DNA of 63,476 nucleotides, filler included, from Hausera hauseri (lineage: Eukaryota): NCBI GenBank assembly GCA_046269625.1. It is 11 parts of 11 records of this genome, joined end to end, with 100 filler letters (N's around TTAATTAATTAA, not from the genome) between each part and the next. Parts side by side here need not be neighbours in the genome. Positions count along the whole stretch, not along the records: positions 1 to 10,213 come from JBJURY010222187.1; positions 10,314 to 15,619 come from JBJURY010284836.1; 9 more parts are not named here. One strand, given 5' to 3'. Below, piece by piece: positions 1 to 12,789 of this stretch. A model generated the notes under the pieces. It saw nothing but the letters and a program-made list of their open reading frames with translations. It did not search any database and had not been told where the DNA came from. The translations under genes and the position numbers were made by a program. How positions within the stretch are numbered: the stretch's first letter is position 1; each line of letters starts with the position of its first letter.

Positions 1-975
1 TGCTGTCTTTTATACTCCTTTAATTCTATTTCTAATTGCTTCTTTACATGGTGAGGTAATGTATCGTTTATATAGTTGACACTTTCTTTCTTTTTATTCT
101 TAACTTCAGGTTCACTATCTTCCGTTTCGTATTCTTTGTCGGAGGATTCATCTGACGTGGCCGATGTATAATCTTTCTTCTGCTGCTTCTTCTTATTACT
201 TGATTTTGAAAAATCTCCTTTACGTGCTCTACATGACTTGGCTATATGCCCATATTTATTGCAATTGAAACACTTCAGTCTTCCTTCGGAGTCTATGTTG
301 GGTAAGGATCTTCCATCCTTTTTAGATTTCTTTTTATAACTTGCCTTTTCTCCATCATTCCTTAAATTGAATCTCACTTTCTTTTCTCCATCTGACTCAG
401 CTTCCGTAGCTGACGTTTGGGAGGGACTTCTATTTCTTTCATATCGTTGATACCTTTGGGTACTATTGTTTCGTCTTTTATCGTAGCCATTATTATTATT
501 TTTAGACTTATTCCACTTATACAGTTCCGCATCCCGTTCGGCTTTACGCGCCTTTCTTATTGCTTCTTGAAACGTAGGCGGGTCTGCTTGAGAGATTATC
601 GTACTTAATCTTTCTTCTAATACATATTGGAACTGGGCTAACAATGCGTTGTTTCGTATCGTTACGTCAGGGTATGCTTTCGCTGCAAGTTTCTCCAATA
701 CACATACGAAATCCTGGACTGTTTTGTCTTTTCGTTGCCTCCTTCTTATAAATTCTTCAATCCTACCCTTTCCAGAGGGATCTATTAGAAACTTTTAAGG
801 CAACCTTTCTTTAATTTCTTTCCAGTCCTTTTTTTCTTCTTCGGGCAGTTGGAAATACACCATTAGAGCCGTCCCTTTCAAATAAATGGGTAATTTCTCC
901 ATCTTCTTCGCCTCCTCGTACTCATCATTCTTCTTTTCCTCAAAAAGTCTCAAAAAACCAATAATGCCTCCAGAT
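1..975 (-). pseudogene. gag: Ty3/gypsy gag remnant with CCHC zinc knuckle
   Basis: ORF 795..1001 has LPIYLKGTALMVYFQLPEEEKKDWKEIKERL (retrotransposon gag-like). The minus strand at 231..272 reads CFNCNKYGHIAKSC. Frameshifted. Confidence 0.8.
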
Positions 976-979
976 GCCA

Positions 980-3900
980 CGGCACATTCTGGTACAGGCA
1001 ATATTATTCAATCTTCTGGCCGTTTCAACACCGCCTCTTCAGTCTTTCTGTTGAAAGCTGAAATGTTATTTAGAGATACATCACAAATAAATTTCCTTAT
1101 CGATTTAGGAGCTGCCTTTTCACTTCTTCCTTTATCTTTCGCTCCTACATTTAGCACAGTTTTCTCTCCTCCACTTTTCACTGCCTGTGGTCAACCTTTA
1201 AACATTGTAGGTATTACAAAACTGACTTTTACGTTCTCCAACCTACCATGGAAATTCTCCTGGAAATTTCACATAGCCAATTTCCGATCGCCCATAATAG
1301 GATCCGATTTCTTGGCTGCATACGATTTGTTAGTCGACTGCAAGCATAAATGCCTCCTTCGCAGAAATTTCGTTGCAAATTCTAACAAATGCTCACCAAA
1401 CGACCAGTCGGACACTTTGCCTTACTCTGATCATTCAAATGTAAATTTGACATCCTGTTCATCGGCTGATAATAACACACTTAACAATTCATCAATATTT
1501 TCAATCTCGTCAAGTGGGAACAAATCAATCTTGAAACACTCGGCTGAACCGAATGTGGTTAATGATTTATGCAGTCATTCTACATCAATTACAGCCACTG
1601 ACTCTTTCAATAATATGCATTTATCATTCTTATCGTTGGGTTCTTATCTTAAATCCTACATTAAAACTTTTTATTCCCGTACTATTAAGAAGGTTCATCA
1701 ATTTTAAGCCGCATTCTACTATATATCACCACGTAGTCACCAAACACAAAAGACCTATTAGAAAAAAGGTAAGGCCACTTTCACCTCGCAGATGAAAAGC
1801 TATTGAATCAGAGTTCAATGAACTCGAAAAGGTGGGCTTATTTAACGATCCAAATCACCATGGGCTTCGCCTTTGCATGTTGTGATGAAGAAAAATGGCA
1901 CATACGGACCATGCGGTGATTATCAGCAGTTAAATAATCTAACAGTCCTGGATGCTTACACTTTACCTTTCATAAATGACATCTTGCACAGCCTTACCAA
2001 CACTAACACGTACTCCACAACTGACTTGCATAAAGCATATCATCAAATTCCAGTTGCACCTGATGATATTTTAAAACTGCTATTATTACTCCATTTGGAC
2101 TCTACGAATATATCTTTATGCCATTTGGTTTACGTAGTGCTTCTCAAACTTTTTAACGGCACATTGATACCGTACTCTCAGGCCTAGACTTCGCTCATCC
2201 AGACATTGATGACATATTAGTTGCCTCTACGTCCGTCAAACAACAACAAGAACACCTTCGTATTATCTTTCACAGACTACATCATAGCAATTTGCAAGTC
2301 AACTTCTCCAAGTGTCACTTCTTTCAAAAACGTGTTAATTTTCTAGGTCACGTCATCACTCCTCAGAGCCACTCTCAACAACCGGATCGACTACAACAAT
2401 TGAAGAATATAACTCTACCAACGACTACCTCGGACATGAGAAGTTTCTTAGGCACACTGCACTTCGTCCACAGATACGTACCATATTTCTCTGAGCTTAC
2501 AGCACCTTTCGCACATTTATCATCCGGAAAAAAGTGGCAGTTGATCCACTGGACTCCTGACTTGGTAACAAAGTTTGATCACTTGCGCGAAAGTCTTAAA
2601 ACCGTAGAAATACGGGCTTATCCGAAACCCTAGGCAGATCTTATACTTACAACCGATGCCTCAACCACAGCTACTGGTGCTGTACTACACCAGATCTCTA
2701 ATGGCATAGACGAGCCATTAGAATTTTATTCTAGGAAGCTGACACAACCCGAGAGCCGTTACTCCATATTTGACCGTGAGTTACTCGCCATAGTTTTGGC
2801 AGTAAAACATTTCAAACACTTACTTCTCTCTCGTCCATTTGTCACTCAAACTTACCATAAGCCTCTGCTGCACATCATGTCGTTAAAAGAGCCATCACCG
2901 AGGCAAGAGAGACATGTATCGTGCCTATCTAAGTATAGTTTTGCTTTGGAATATATCTCAGGTACAGATAACTTGGTTGCTGACTTTTTATCAAGGTCGC
3001 TTGGATCCATTACAGTTGAGCCGATTTTCTCATCTGAAGTCTTAAAGTCCAATCAACCATCTGCTGATTTCCTCAGTGCCTTCAAATCCTTCGAGATCAT
3101 TGATGGAATAGCTTTTGATACGTCTAATACGGGCAATAAAAAGGTCATTCTAGCACCACCTTTACAAAAGTCAGTTTTGTTCATATGCATTCACTCCATC
3201 ATCCAGTTTCGAAAGCAACCTTTCGCCTGCTTTAACGTCATGTAGTATGGCCATCAATGCGCAAAGATGTACAGGACTGGGTTAAAGAATGCATAGCCTG
3301 TCAAAAATACAAAATCAACAAACATCTTAAACCACCATTTTACCACTTTCTCTGTACATCACGCTTTCATACAGTTCATTTTGATTTAGTCGGTAATTTA
3401 CCTGCCGACAACGGATATCAACACATACTTATTATGATGTATCGTGCTTCTCGTTGGCCTGAAGCCTTTCCTCTTCGTTCAATAAACACTGATTCAGTAG
3501 CCGACGTTTTTTATTAAAATCTGGATCAGTTGCTTTGGTTCCCCACGTTACATAATAACGGATCAAGGTCCACAATTTGAGTTTGAGCTTTTCAAATCCA
3601 TAGTCAAACGCTTGTGAATATCTCATTTTCACACTACACCATATCATCCTCAAGCAAACGGCCTTCTTGAAAGGTTCTATCGTACAATGAAAGTTTCCTT
3701 AAAAATTTTGGCTGACACTCATCGTAATTAGACGTCCATTCTACCTTTTGTTCTATTGGGGTTGCGCAACACACCTTCGACCACTACCGGTTGTGCTCCA
3801 GACGAAGCACGCTTTGGGACTCCTATTCGGGCCTTATTTGAGCTTTCACATCTCGGCGACAACCCTACAGACGAAAACATTCGTGTTGCACAATCTCATT

Positions 3901-4410
3901 TCGTCGAGGTCAGCTCAGATTCATTCTGCCGCCTCTTTAACAACAAATCATACATTCCGAAGGATTTATACTCCGCCAAAGTTTGTGTGGTTAAAAGATC
4001 AATCTCCTTCAGGTTTTAGACCTCAATATGTTGGCCCATACAAACTGCTGAATCTTTCACCTCACACAGCAACAACCTTACGCCAATATAAACCGTACAA
4101 CGTCCACATTTCGAATCTGAAGCCTGCCTTCTTCATTGACGGCATTCCAGATAACAATTCTACATTCAATTCAGACTCAGCTAGCACTTCTACTGACTTT
4201 CTAAATGATTTTTCATCACCTCCAATTGCATCGCCTTTTTTGCTGAACTCATCTTCGCTACCATTTCCATCACAAATTATTACTCAACAACCCAATTCAA
4301 ATCTACCGAATAAGGTACGCAGAGTGATATTCAATACGTACAGCAGAGAGACGTTTGTAAGAATGAGTCATTTTATTTTAGAAAACACTTCAACAAAATC
4401 AAATGTGTAA
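980..4410 (+). mobile_element. pol: Degenerate Ty3/gypsy pol (PR-RT-RNaseH-INT)
   Basis: Protease FLIDLGAAFSLLP..IIGSDFL; RT PWASPLHVV, DLHKAYHQIP, DIDDILV; RNaseH TDAS..YSIFDRELLA; integrase WPSMRKDVQDWVKECIACQ, HFDLVG, TDQGPQF, YHPQANGLLER. Many stops and frameshifts. Confidence 0.93.
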
Positions 4411-5233
4411 TCAGAAATTATGTACAAAAACTAGGGGTTTCGATAAGATTTACGTTTTTTCCAATTTCTTTCTGAAATATTATTGTTGTTGATATTTTCA
4501 TGATTATTGTATTCAGTTGACGTAGACCAATATCGCATTTTGTTGGCTTTATTGTGTTTAAGAATATTTGAACAGAATTTCTTCAGATTTTCAGAGTGTA
4601 ACCAAGTTTATAAATTATAACTGTATTTAAAACTTAAACAATGAATAATATTCAGACACAATAGAATAAGTCCAATATTAATATTTCATTTTACCATCAA
4701 AATTCCACTAGACTTCAATCCATTTTGATGAACTGGTGCAAAACTTCACGAAAATAATTAGTAATGTTTCATGCAGATAAATCCAGAATTTAAAAAAAAT
4801 TATCAATTACGATATTGACGTCGATTTAGCATGTTTAATTGTATATGATTAGCAGCAGATCGGATGTAACAATAATTCCTTAAAACTTTGTATCGTGAAT
4901 TGTACAAGATTTAATATGTAGAATTATACATTGTTATTTTTTGAGTGAGGTAATGTGGGCACCATATCACCCCCCGCTGACAAAGTTGGGTTGCCTGGGG
5001 GGACCCATCGGGGTCATATGGTAACCAAAGTTTGATTGGATTTTCTTGTGGTGATATATCATTGTCGAGTACTTTCTGTTTTGTAGATTTGGCTCTTGAT
5101 GAGTTTGATTCTAAATATGTAGTAATAGGAAAGGACCGAGAATTTTCGCTGGAAATTGGAAAAGGCAGCAAGAGAGAATGATAAGAATTTTTCATTTTGG
5201 ATTTGTTCCAATTGATGGTATTATTTGGCTGGG

Positions 5234-5674
5234 TTAACGAATTAGATGGTTGAGTATTTCTTGAATCTGTAGCATTTCATGCAATTTTCTTTTGACGCTG
5301 ATCAGATAAAAATAAATATTCTTCCGGTTTGCCTCGAGAATATGTTTGTGGTTCTGCTGCATCGAATCAGACTCTATGCCAACAATTCGAAAATAGAACC
5401 ATTGGATATGTTGATTGCTTTTAATATCGGGGTTGAGTATCCGACCGTACTCATATTGTTGGATTTGGATAGCTTTACGTAGATTTTCGCATTCAAACTG
5501 GGAATCGAATGATAGATGGGCTGTGTTTTGTGGCACATGGGCATTCAGTTCCAATTCATCCAAATTAATGTGTTGGGTATTTTCAAAGTTGTACGACGCT
5601 ATGTTGTTTTGTACAATTTCATCAAGATCAAACACAACATTTTCCAATATATCCTCTGCATCAATAACCCTCAT
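5234..5674 (-). pseudogene. Cytosolic carboxypeptidase (CCP1/Nna1, AGBL family) fragment
   Basis: SFDSQFECENLRKAIQIQQYEYGRILNPDIKSNQHIQWFYFRI matches the FESGNL...WFYF pro-domain signature of CCP/AGBL enzymes. The sequence diverges afterwards. Confidence 0.8.
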
Positions 5675-6257
5675 TACATCATCGAGAATTTTATTCTGTG
5701 CCAGATATTCGACGTTTGATGCAGCTGATATCAGTCGTTCTACATTACGATTTCGAACAACTGATGAATTACTTCTCGATTCTGTTGCTGCTGATAGAAT
5801 AGATCCAGAATAAAGTAAAATTCAAAAGAAAACTGCTGAACTACAATGTATTGTTTGCAAATGTTTTAACAGTAATATTTAATCATTAAAAAGTAAATCA
5901 ATTATCTAGTCAAATTGCCATCACAATAATATTCAAATTATTAATATCAATTATACGGAGTTAACTGTTTTGATATGATCTGCGAATTAAAATGAGCTTC
6001 GAATTGAACAGAGAAACGTCTAATGTTATGAACGTGTGAGATGATGTTATTGTATAAAATTGGTAGGTCTATTCATTGGCAATTGTAGTTTCATTCCAAT
6101 TGTAGTTTCATTTCAATATATTCACGCGACTTCCTTATTTACAAACAATGAGAAAATAAATGTATTTACAAACAATGAGAACTGCGATTAAAAAACACGT
6201 ATGGCCGTCCATATTTTTGTCCATGTTTTCTATTATTATAGGGAATTATTGTGAAAG

Positions 6258-6840
6258 TGTGAGATGACGTAACTACCTTTACAATATTTATATTCACTTA
6301 AAATACATCACGATTGTCCATTGTTTATTAAGTCATTAATATTCAACTGTACATTCGGCGACTCCTTCAACAAGTTGATGAAATAAAATAATGATTATTC
6401 ATTGTCTGGATTTGGTGTTAGAATTTTTTGATTTCTTGAGGTCACCAAATTGTACATCTTCTGGCGAAGTTCTTGAGATTCTTGAAATAGATTGAGGTAG
6501 AAAAATTGCCATTTGCACTAAATGAGAAAATTTATGGATTGACGATAAGCATCCCGGCGAGGAACCACACGCGCTCACGGCTGCGGCACCACATATAGTA
6601 TATTGTATTATTATATATACTATTATTATTGTTAGTAGATCGAGTCTATACCATACCGACCTGAACATCACTTGAGGAATGTAAGATTGAATTATTCATA
6701 AGATATTAACTTATTAAATGAGTCCTATTTTCCTCCTTTCCTGAATTTCCTTACTTTGTATTGGCTATTTATTTAATTAACTTTGAATTGAATTTAAACA
6801 TTAATATTCATTTAATTCCTCCTGACATCCCCCTCCTTTA
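6258..6840 (-). repeat. Gypsy polypurine tract plus 3' LTR
   Basis: Minus strand has AAAGGAGGGGGA (6828..6840) immediately followed by TGTCAGGAG at 6827, with TATA-like and AATAAA motifs inside. The distal end (CTCACA, ~6258) is tentative. Confidence 0.6.
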
Positions 6841-6969
6841 AGAATTTCCGCAGCTTTTCCATATTTTTTTCCAAAATTCTGCCGTCCGCTTGTTTCAGTA
6901 CGTATCTTCTGTCCTCCGAGTCTTGATCTTATAATTTTTGGACTCTTTGCGAGCTAAAATGCATTGGCT

Positions 6970-7450
6970 TCATGTGCCGCAACTGGTTCGGGATAATACG
7001 TCGGCGTTTGCATGATCTGTACCTTTCCTGTATTCCAATTTTATGTCTAGACTTGATAAATAGTTTATCCAGGTTTGGAATTGTGCTGTTATCGGCTTTT
7101 TTGTTTTTAAAATGAAGGTGATGGCCTTGTGATCCGTCCTCAGTGTAAACCTTCTCCCATACAAGTAATGATTAAAATGCTAACAGAAGTAATACATAGG
7201 TAGCAACTCCTTCCGTGTAATGCAGTAGCCATTTTCGTGATTACTCATCCCATGTGGCCAGTATGCAATCACTGTTTCATGCCCGGTGCTCTTTCTGTGA
7301 TAATACTGCTTCAATTGTATAAAAGCTAGCATCGGTATCCAGAATAAATTCCTTTTTGAAGTCTGAGAACCATAATATTGGTAAAGGTGCCAAAGCCATC
7401 TTCATTGCTTCAAATGCTTCGTTGCAGGACTCGGTCCATACCAGTTTTTT
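6970..7450 (-). mobile_element. pol: Gypsy RT-thumb/RNase H fragment, integrase deleted
   Basis: WTESCNEAF, FILDTDAS, YCITRKELL, YGRRFTLRTDHKAI, LEYRKGTDHANADVLSR. The PPT follows only ~130 bp later. Confidence 0.88.
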
Positions 7451-7467
7451 GTTGTTCGTTCGTTCTA

Positions 7468-8512
7468 TTGAATTTTTTATCCCAATCCACTGGTCCGATA
7501 GTGAGGTGGCTCTAATATGAAATTTTCCCTAACTTATAGGCAATGTATTAGACCAATTTCCATTATTGGGAAATTTTACCAGTTTAAAATTTTCCCATCG
7601 ATTTTCCCCCATGTTCCCATGGTCTGACGGACTTGCAGCAGTGTCCATTGCAATTGGCAATATCGACTTACCCTTTGGACACATTTTCTCAGTGTTAGAA
7701 ACATGTTTCGCGTTACACGTGGAGCATTTCCTGTTTTGCTTCTTACTCTTCTAGCATCTCTCATTTACATTTTTGTAAGTCGCACCTCTGTTATATCTTG
7801 TTTACCTCGTTATGCGCTATTGATATGAACTGGTTCAAACCTTTTTGCTCGACCTCATTTTCTGGGGGGGGGTCGTGAGAAAATTTTAGTAAAATGTTCA
7901 GTATAGCCAATGAGGTGGAGAAAAACTGGTCGGCGGACCAATCAGAAAAGTGTGGTGGAGAGCTCACTTCTACCTCCTGTTGGGTTTTCTGTACCAGATA
8001 GATACAGTACCTAAGTAGGTAGAATTGTGGGCTCCATCCCACTCCCTCCCACCTAGGACCTAGTTTTCCTCACCTATCTCGCAATTCTGAGAATTTCATG
8101 TCTCGAGGTCGGGGCTCCCCCCACAGGGAACGAAGAAGGTAGAGCAATGGACTTTGAATCGAGACCATTTGGTCGCGCCGGACGAGGTGAACAAAAGGTA
8201 ACAGCGCCGCGAAGCCGGAAAATTTAACCCGGCGGCAGAGGAGGCGGAAGAAGAAAAACGGACATTGTGCAACTGGCAATGCTACACATGTTGCTGGTAT
8301 ACTGAAATCTTGTACAGAGGTAAAATTAATATTGGCAAGTCGAATGGACACGATGTCGTAGTTGTTCGATCAAGACAACATGGGAAATTTCCCGCAAGGT
8401 AAAATTTCTCCATGTTCAAGTCTGCCGATAGTGGAAATGGGTGTCATACATTGTCCATAATTTCGGCAAATTTTCATATTATAACAACGGATCCCGGTAA
8501 AAAATGCAATTG
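7468..8512. repeat. Degenerate inverted-repeat pair (~7468-7600 and ~8378-8512), MITE/foldback-like
   Basis: AATATGAAATTTTCCCTAACTTATAGGCAATGTATTAGACCAATTTCCATTATTGGG at ~7516 resembles the reverse complement of ~8425-8480; the GGGAAATTTTACC..TTTCCCAT block is also shared. Confidence 0.5.
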
Positions 8513-8900
8513 AAAAGCCCATTGGTAAAAGTCAGCGTTGTAAATGCGTTCGTTTTTGTAGACGACGATTAAAACCGATCGCACAAATTACCACGAGCAT
8601 AATCGGACTCACCTCAACGAGTTGAGTCGGAAAAATTTTAGACTGACCCAGTTTCGGACACCTGCATATTCGGATTCACGACGACGACGACGACGAATGC
8701 ACAAATTACCGCGAGTTCATAATTGAGTACTGTCTACAAAATAATGAGTACCACCACCGTCAAATGTGTAACAGTGATACTGAAATGATATAACAACAGC
8801 AACAGCAATATAACAAATTGTATATATGAAAATCTCAAAAACAGTCTGTCTGTCCAATCAACAAAGCGGAATACTTTTACAATAATGTCTATAATGTAAG

Positions 8901-9234
8901 CTACAATATGCAGTAATGTCCACACAATACGGTAAGTGGATGTTGATAAGGAAATCCATTATATTCAACAAGATGATATGATTGTCTTTCAATTTGAGAA
9001 ACTAACGATGACGGGTAATAAAACCAGAGCGGATCGATGTACGTAAACCGCAATCCAATGTTCTCCTGGTAACAATGAACTATGTGTATTGATGATAAAA
9101 CCTCCGCCACCATTTTGTCGTAAATCACGCGGCACACGATCCAGTGGAAACACACCGCGGAATTTCACATCCAAGAGCAGTTTTCCATAGTGATTGAGTT
9201 CAGTTGAGCTAAACGCAAAACATGATTTAATCAT
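8901..9234 (-). pseudogene. Polinton adenain-like cysteine protease (PRO)
   Basis: FRGVFPLD..FIINTHSSLLPGEHWIAVY (catalytic His) and, after a frameshift, YQHPLTVLCGHYC (Gln/Cys). Lies directly downstream of MCP. Confidence 0.88.
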
Positions 9235-9265
9235 AATATTAATAATTGTAATAAATTACTTCATG

Positions 9266-10525
9266 TTACAAAGAGGAAGAAGAAGGTTTTATTTGTACAA
9301 TGACAGTTCCGTTTTTTGTTATTTCAACTTCGGCATCAGTTACACCTTAAATGTACATCACGGTAGATTTCTCCAACGCTTTAGCAAAGTGAACCGCCAA
9401 TCTCAGGTTTCCCTGCTGAGGTAGTTGCGTCTGTTCAACGTCATAATCCGGAGCCAGGGCAAAGGTGAAGAATGAATAAGTGAACATAAACAAATCCATC
9501 GATAAGCCATTGGTGACATTTTTGTTCAGCAAACCCATGTTGCGCACGATAGATTGCATATATGTACAAACGTAATTGCCGGTCTTGAAATCCTGCTTGT
9601 ATGCCTCAACGAAATCCGCATTCCGACCCAAACTGATGTAATTCATATTGCTATGGGTAAACGTTTCCAAACCGGTGGTATAACTACCCGTCTGTTGAAC
9701 AGTCGTTTGAAATGTAACGAGCACAAATTTCGGCAATTGCATGTCACCAAACAGTGAATCTTTGTAAAACGTTGTTGATCTTTCAGGTATGGTGTAAAAG
9801 ACGAGTTCTCTGCGTTGTATCGGGTAACAGGCATTTTGCGTTTCCAAGCCCAATCCATGTCCCATGAGCACAGATGGTTCTACTTTTACTCGACGTACGT
9901 ATAATCGTGCCTCGGTAATTATCAGTATGGGTTTGAGATTTGCAATGGCTGTTTTCAAACAAAAGACATTGTCTCTGCGTTTGAACCGAATCATGGCTTT
10001 AACACCGGGCAGTAGATATCTCGGCTGAACGAAAAAGTCAAAGTACAGCGGTTCACGCATTGTAATTGCTTTTGATTCTGCTACCCATGCCTGATGGTTT
10101 GCTGCAATAACGTCATATCCGATGGTTCCCGTCAAATGAGTCGTTTTCGAGTCAATACTGTGATTTGGATCCGTTTCAATGAGTGTTTTGATACTGTATA
10201 GACTGGTGTTGCCNNNNNNNNNNNNNNNNNNNNNNNNNNNNNNNNNNNNNNNNNNNNTTAATTAATTAANNNNNNNNNNNNNNNNNNNNNNNNNNNNNNN
10301 NNNNNNNNNNNNNGCGTCCTTTTTAACAATGACTTTTACATAGAGTAGCGTATCGTTCAAATCCAGGTATTCATTGTCCGATGCCATAATCTTGAATTGA
10401 ATGTCAATGTTATCGTCCGTTGACACCGAATCAACGGGGTAAATTTCTTCAAATGCCTCATTGTCAATAACAATTTCTGGAGCGTTTTTGTCAAATATAT
10501 ACGACTCAGATTTTGCAGATGCCAT
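9266..10525 (-). pseudogene. Polinton major capsid protein (double jelly-roll, PY/hexon-like), interrupted by a spacer
   Basis: N-terminus KSESYIFD..YPVDS..IQFKI..EYLDLNDTLLYVK (10314..10525); body QPRYLLPGV..EARLYVRRVKV..LPKFVLV..FTFALAPD..GNLRLAVHF (9347..10213); premature TAA at 9347. Confidence 0.9.
10214..10313. other. Artificial assembly spacer N44-TTAATTAATTAA-N44 (first of ten)
   Basis: Identical 100-bp six-frame-stop linkers also at 15620-15719, 21199-21298, 25612-25711, 33696-33795, 38404-38503, 45152-45251, 49970-50069, 55142-55241 and 59383-59482. Confidence 0.99.
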
Positions 10526-10526
10526 A

Positions 10527-10904
10527 TCAATTGAAAATCGTAGAATGACGACGACGACGTTTGTTTATAGTTGATAAGCTCAATGATTCTTCACGTTTTC
10601 GTTTTCTCGTCATCGTCAAACCACTGCCAGCAAATTTTTTTTTGACTGATTCAACGACTCCCGGTGCAGAACTTTTGATTTCGGACAAGGCGTGTTCCTT
10701 CAGTGACGATAAAATCAATTTGTTTTCATATAGTACGTCCTGTGCTGCTTTTCCTGCCACGGCACCAATACGCTTCAACACAGGAAATGCTAAACGTGTC
10801 AATGTACGCAGCCATCCAGAACCGTACTGTTTACCGACAAAATACGGCAGTTCCTCGCCCTGCTGTGGTTTGCTGTAAATGGAAACGATTTCGGAATCAA
10901 TCAT
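10527..10904 (-). CDS. Polinton PW-type small virion protein (adenovirus pVI-like by analogy)
   Basis: Y..QQG...YFVGKQYGSGWLRTLTRLAFPVLKR amphipathic segment and basic tail KRRRRHSTIFN. Sits between penton and MCP. Confidence 0.75.
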   Translation of the reverse strand: MIDSEIVSIYSKPQQGEELPYFVGKQYGSGWLRTLTRLAFPVLKRIGAVAGKAAQDVLYENKLILSSLKEHALSEIKSSAPGVVESVKKKFAGSGLTMTRKRKREESLSLSTINKRRRRHSTIFN

Positions 10905-11996
10905 GTTGTTGTTGCTGTTGTTGGATTCGATGGAAATGAAGAGTTAGACTAGTTGTGGTACCGTACGGAAATTCAATAAGGTAGCCCGCTTCACATCGAA
11001 TATTCACTTCAACATTGCTTATAGATGTAGATGCCATAGGTAGGTACATTGAATTATCGAGCTTGACAGTGACATTGTCTCCGGCAGTATACTTGCTGAT
11101 TTTCAAATAAATTGCACGGAGTAGCGGTACACGTACTCCATCGACGAAAATCGGTTCGGTGACATTCACGTAAATGTACATTTGACTTAGTCCCGTGTTT
11201 AGTTTGGGTTTGAGTGTTGCAACATTTGCCACCTCCGCCCCTGTCTTCATATATGATGTCTCAAACCGCTGTTTTTCAAAACCCAATACCATGGCCAAAG
11301 CTTTGTCCAATGAAATGTCGACAATATCCTTATCCAGTTCAAATTTAATGTACCCATTTGCATGACTCGAAAACTTTAAATATCTCTTTGTACTTTTGAT
11401 TTGAAGAAAAGTGTTGACAGAGATGTGCTACGGATTTGCAAGACATTGTCTCCAATCGATACGTATGAGGCTGACACCCTTTCTGCCGTATAGGTAAATT
11501 TTACCGTTGTCTGGTAATATACGGGACTTAATCTTGGACTAACTGCATATTCACTTTTAATATCTTTACCCTTGTACTCTGTATTTTTGAATCAAAATTT
11601 TTGCGTCATCTCAGAGGACTCAAAGGTAACAGTAAATTGAAAATCTGCCATAAAATTTAAGTTTCCCCCTAAAATAAAAACACCGATTTTGCCGTGTAAA
11701 CCGTAATTTGCTTCAGTCATGCAAATGCCCGATTCTCCGACTGTTATTTTATTGTTAGTAAGTGTCAGAGGACAAGAATGTGTTTTGGTTTCAATAACAG
11801 TCTTCTTGTACGTTATTTTCATACTACCTTTCAATGTCAGCGGTGTGTAGGGGAAGTTAAATTCCGTCAGTGCAACATCCCATTTTCCAGATATATCCAG
11901 AGGATTGTTCCAATCTACAACGTATTCACTGGTTAGGTTTTTCGGACGAGACGTCGGACAACTGTTGCTCGCAACACCATGTAAATACTCATTCAC
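10897..11996 (-). pseudogene. Polinton minor capsid protein (penton B)
   Basis: N-terminus SNSCP..N..SEYVVDWNNPLDISGKWDVALTEFNFP; C-terminus MYIYVNVTEPIFVDGVRVPLLR..LTLHFHR. Frameshifted. Confidence 0.85.
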
Positions 11997-12029
11997 AGTG
12001 ATGTCAATGATTAATATGCAGTTTGTTTA

Positions 12030-12780
12030 TTATCGATGACCACGTCGAAAATGTAACGTCAAATGTGTCGTTGACCCAAACAGAAATATAATTGGTTCCA
12101 AAAATCCATCAAACATATACACGAAAATACTGTGCACAATATTGTGAGACAATGATAAGTACATGGGTCTGATCATATTAACGCGCACAGTTTTACCCGA
12201 TGTTTTGTACGTGTCAGAATCCAGTTCGATAGAAGCCAGTAGTTGTTTACGTTCTCCACCAACGAGTACGAATTCGGTTAAGTCCGTTAAAATGTTGAGT
12301 CTATGAAATGCATTATAGAGTTGTGGTTTGTATTTGGCAATGATAGATAGTTCAACAATGTTTTGATAGAAATCGCGTTGTGAAAAACCCAGATTCCGAG
12401 CGAATAATTCATCAAAGGCAAAATACATAACATTGTCATGGAGTGTAATCGAAATATGACCATCTGCGTTCATTTTACATGTCTTTACGACTAATGTAGC
12501 CGTTTTCTTGAAGTATTCACACAATTCCAGTTCCGTTGCCATTAGTAAATCGTGTGGATAATACTTGAGCGGAAGACTGATTCTGACTTAGTCCACATTA
12601 CTATGATATCCGATTTCTCATCGGATGAAAGGTCCAATTTTTCACCAATTATAACATGTCAACCTAGCCGTAGATGTTTTGACTGTACATTGACTGATTG
12701 AAAACCCCATTCCTGAGCTTCAGCTGTAGAATTAAACTGAATTTCTATGGGATTTCGATGCATTGATTTCATACGGCGTT
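12030..12780 (-). pseudogene. Polinton minor capsid protein (penton A), 5'-truncated
   Basis: ILTDLTEFVLVGGERKQLLASI..PMYLSL..THLTLHFRR, a penton C-terminal motif. Confidence 0.82.
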
Positions 12781-12789
12781 TAATTGGTG

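Noticed and set aside
886-1030. N-terminus of ORF 886..1707 as real coding sequence
   Set aside because: It is the antisense of the minus-strand gag; the ORF is a chance read-through across a junction between two elements.
4911-5195. ORF ending WLPYDPDGSPQATQLCQRGVIWCPHYL
   Set aside because: Looks exon-like but I cannot assign a family.
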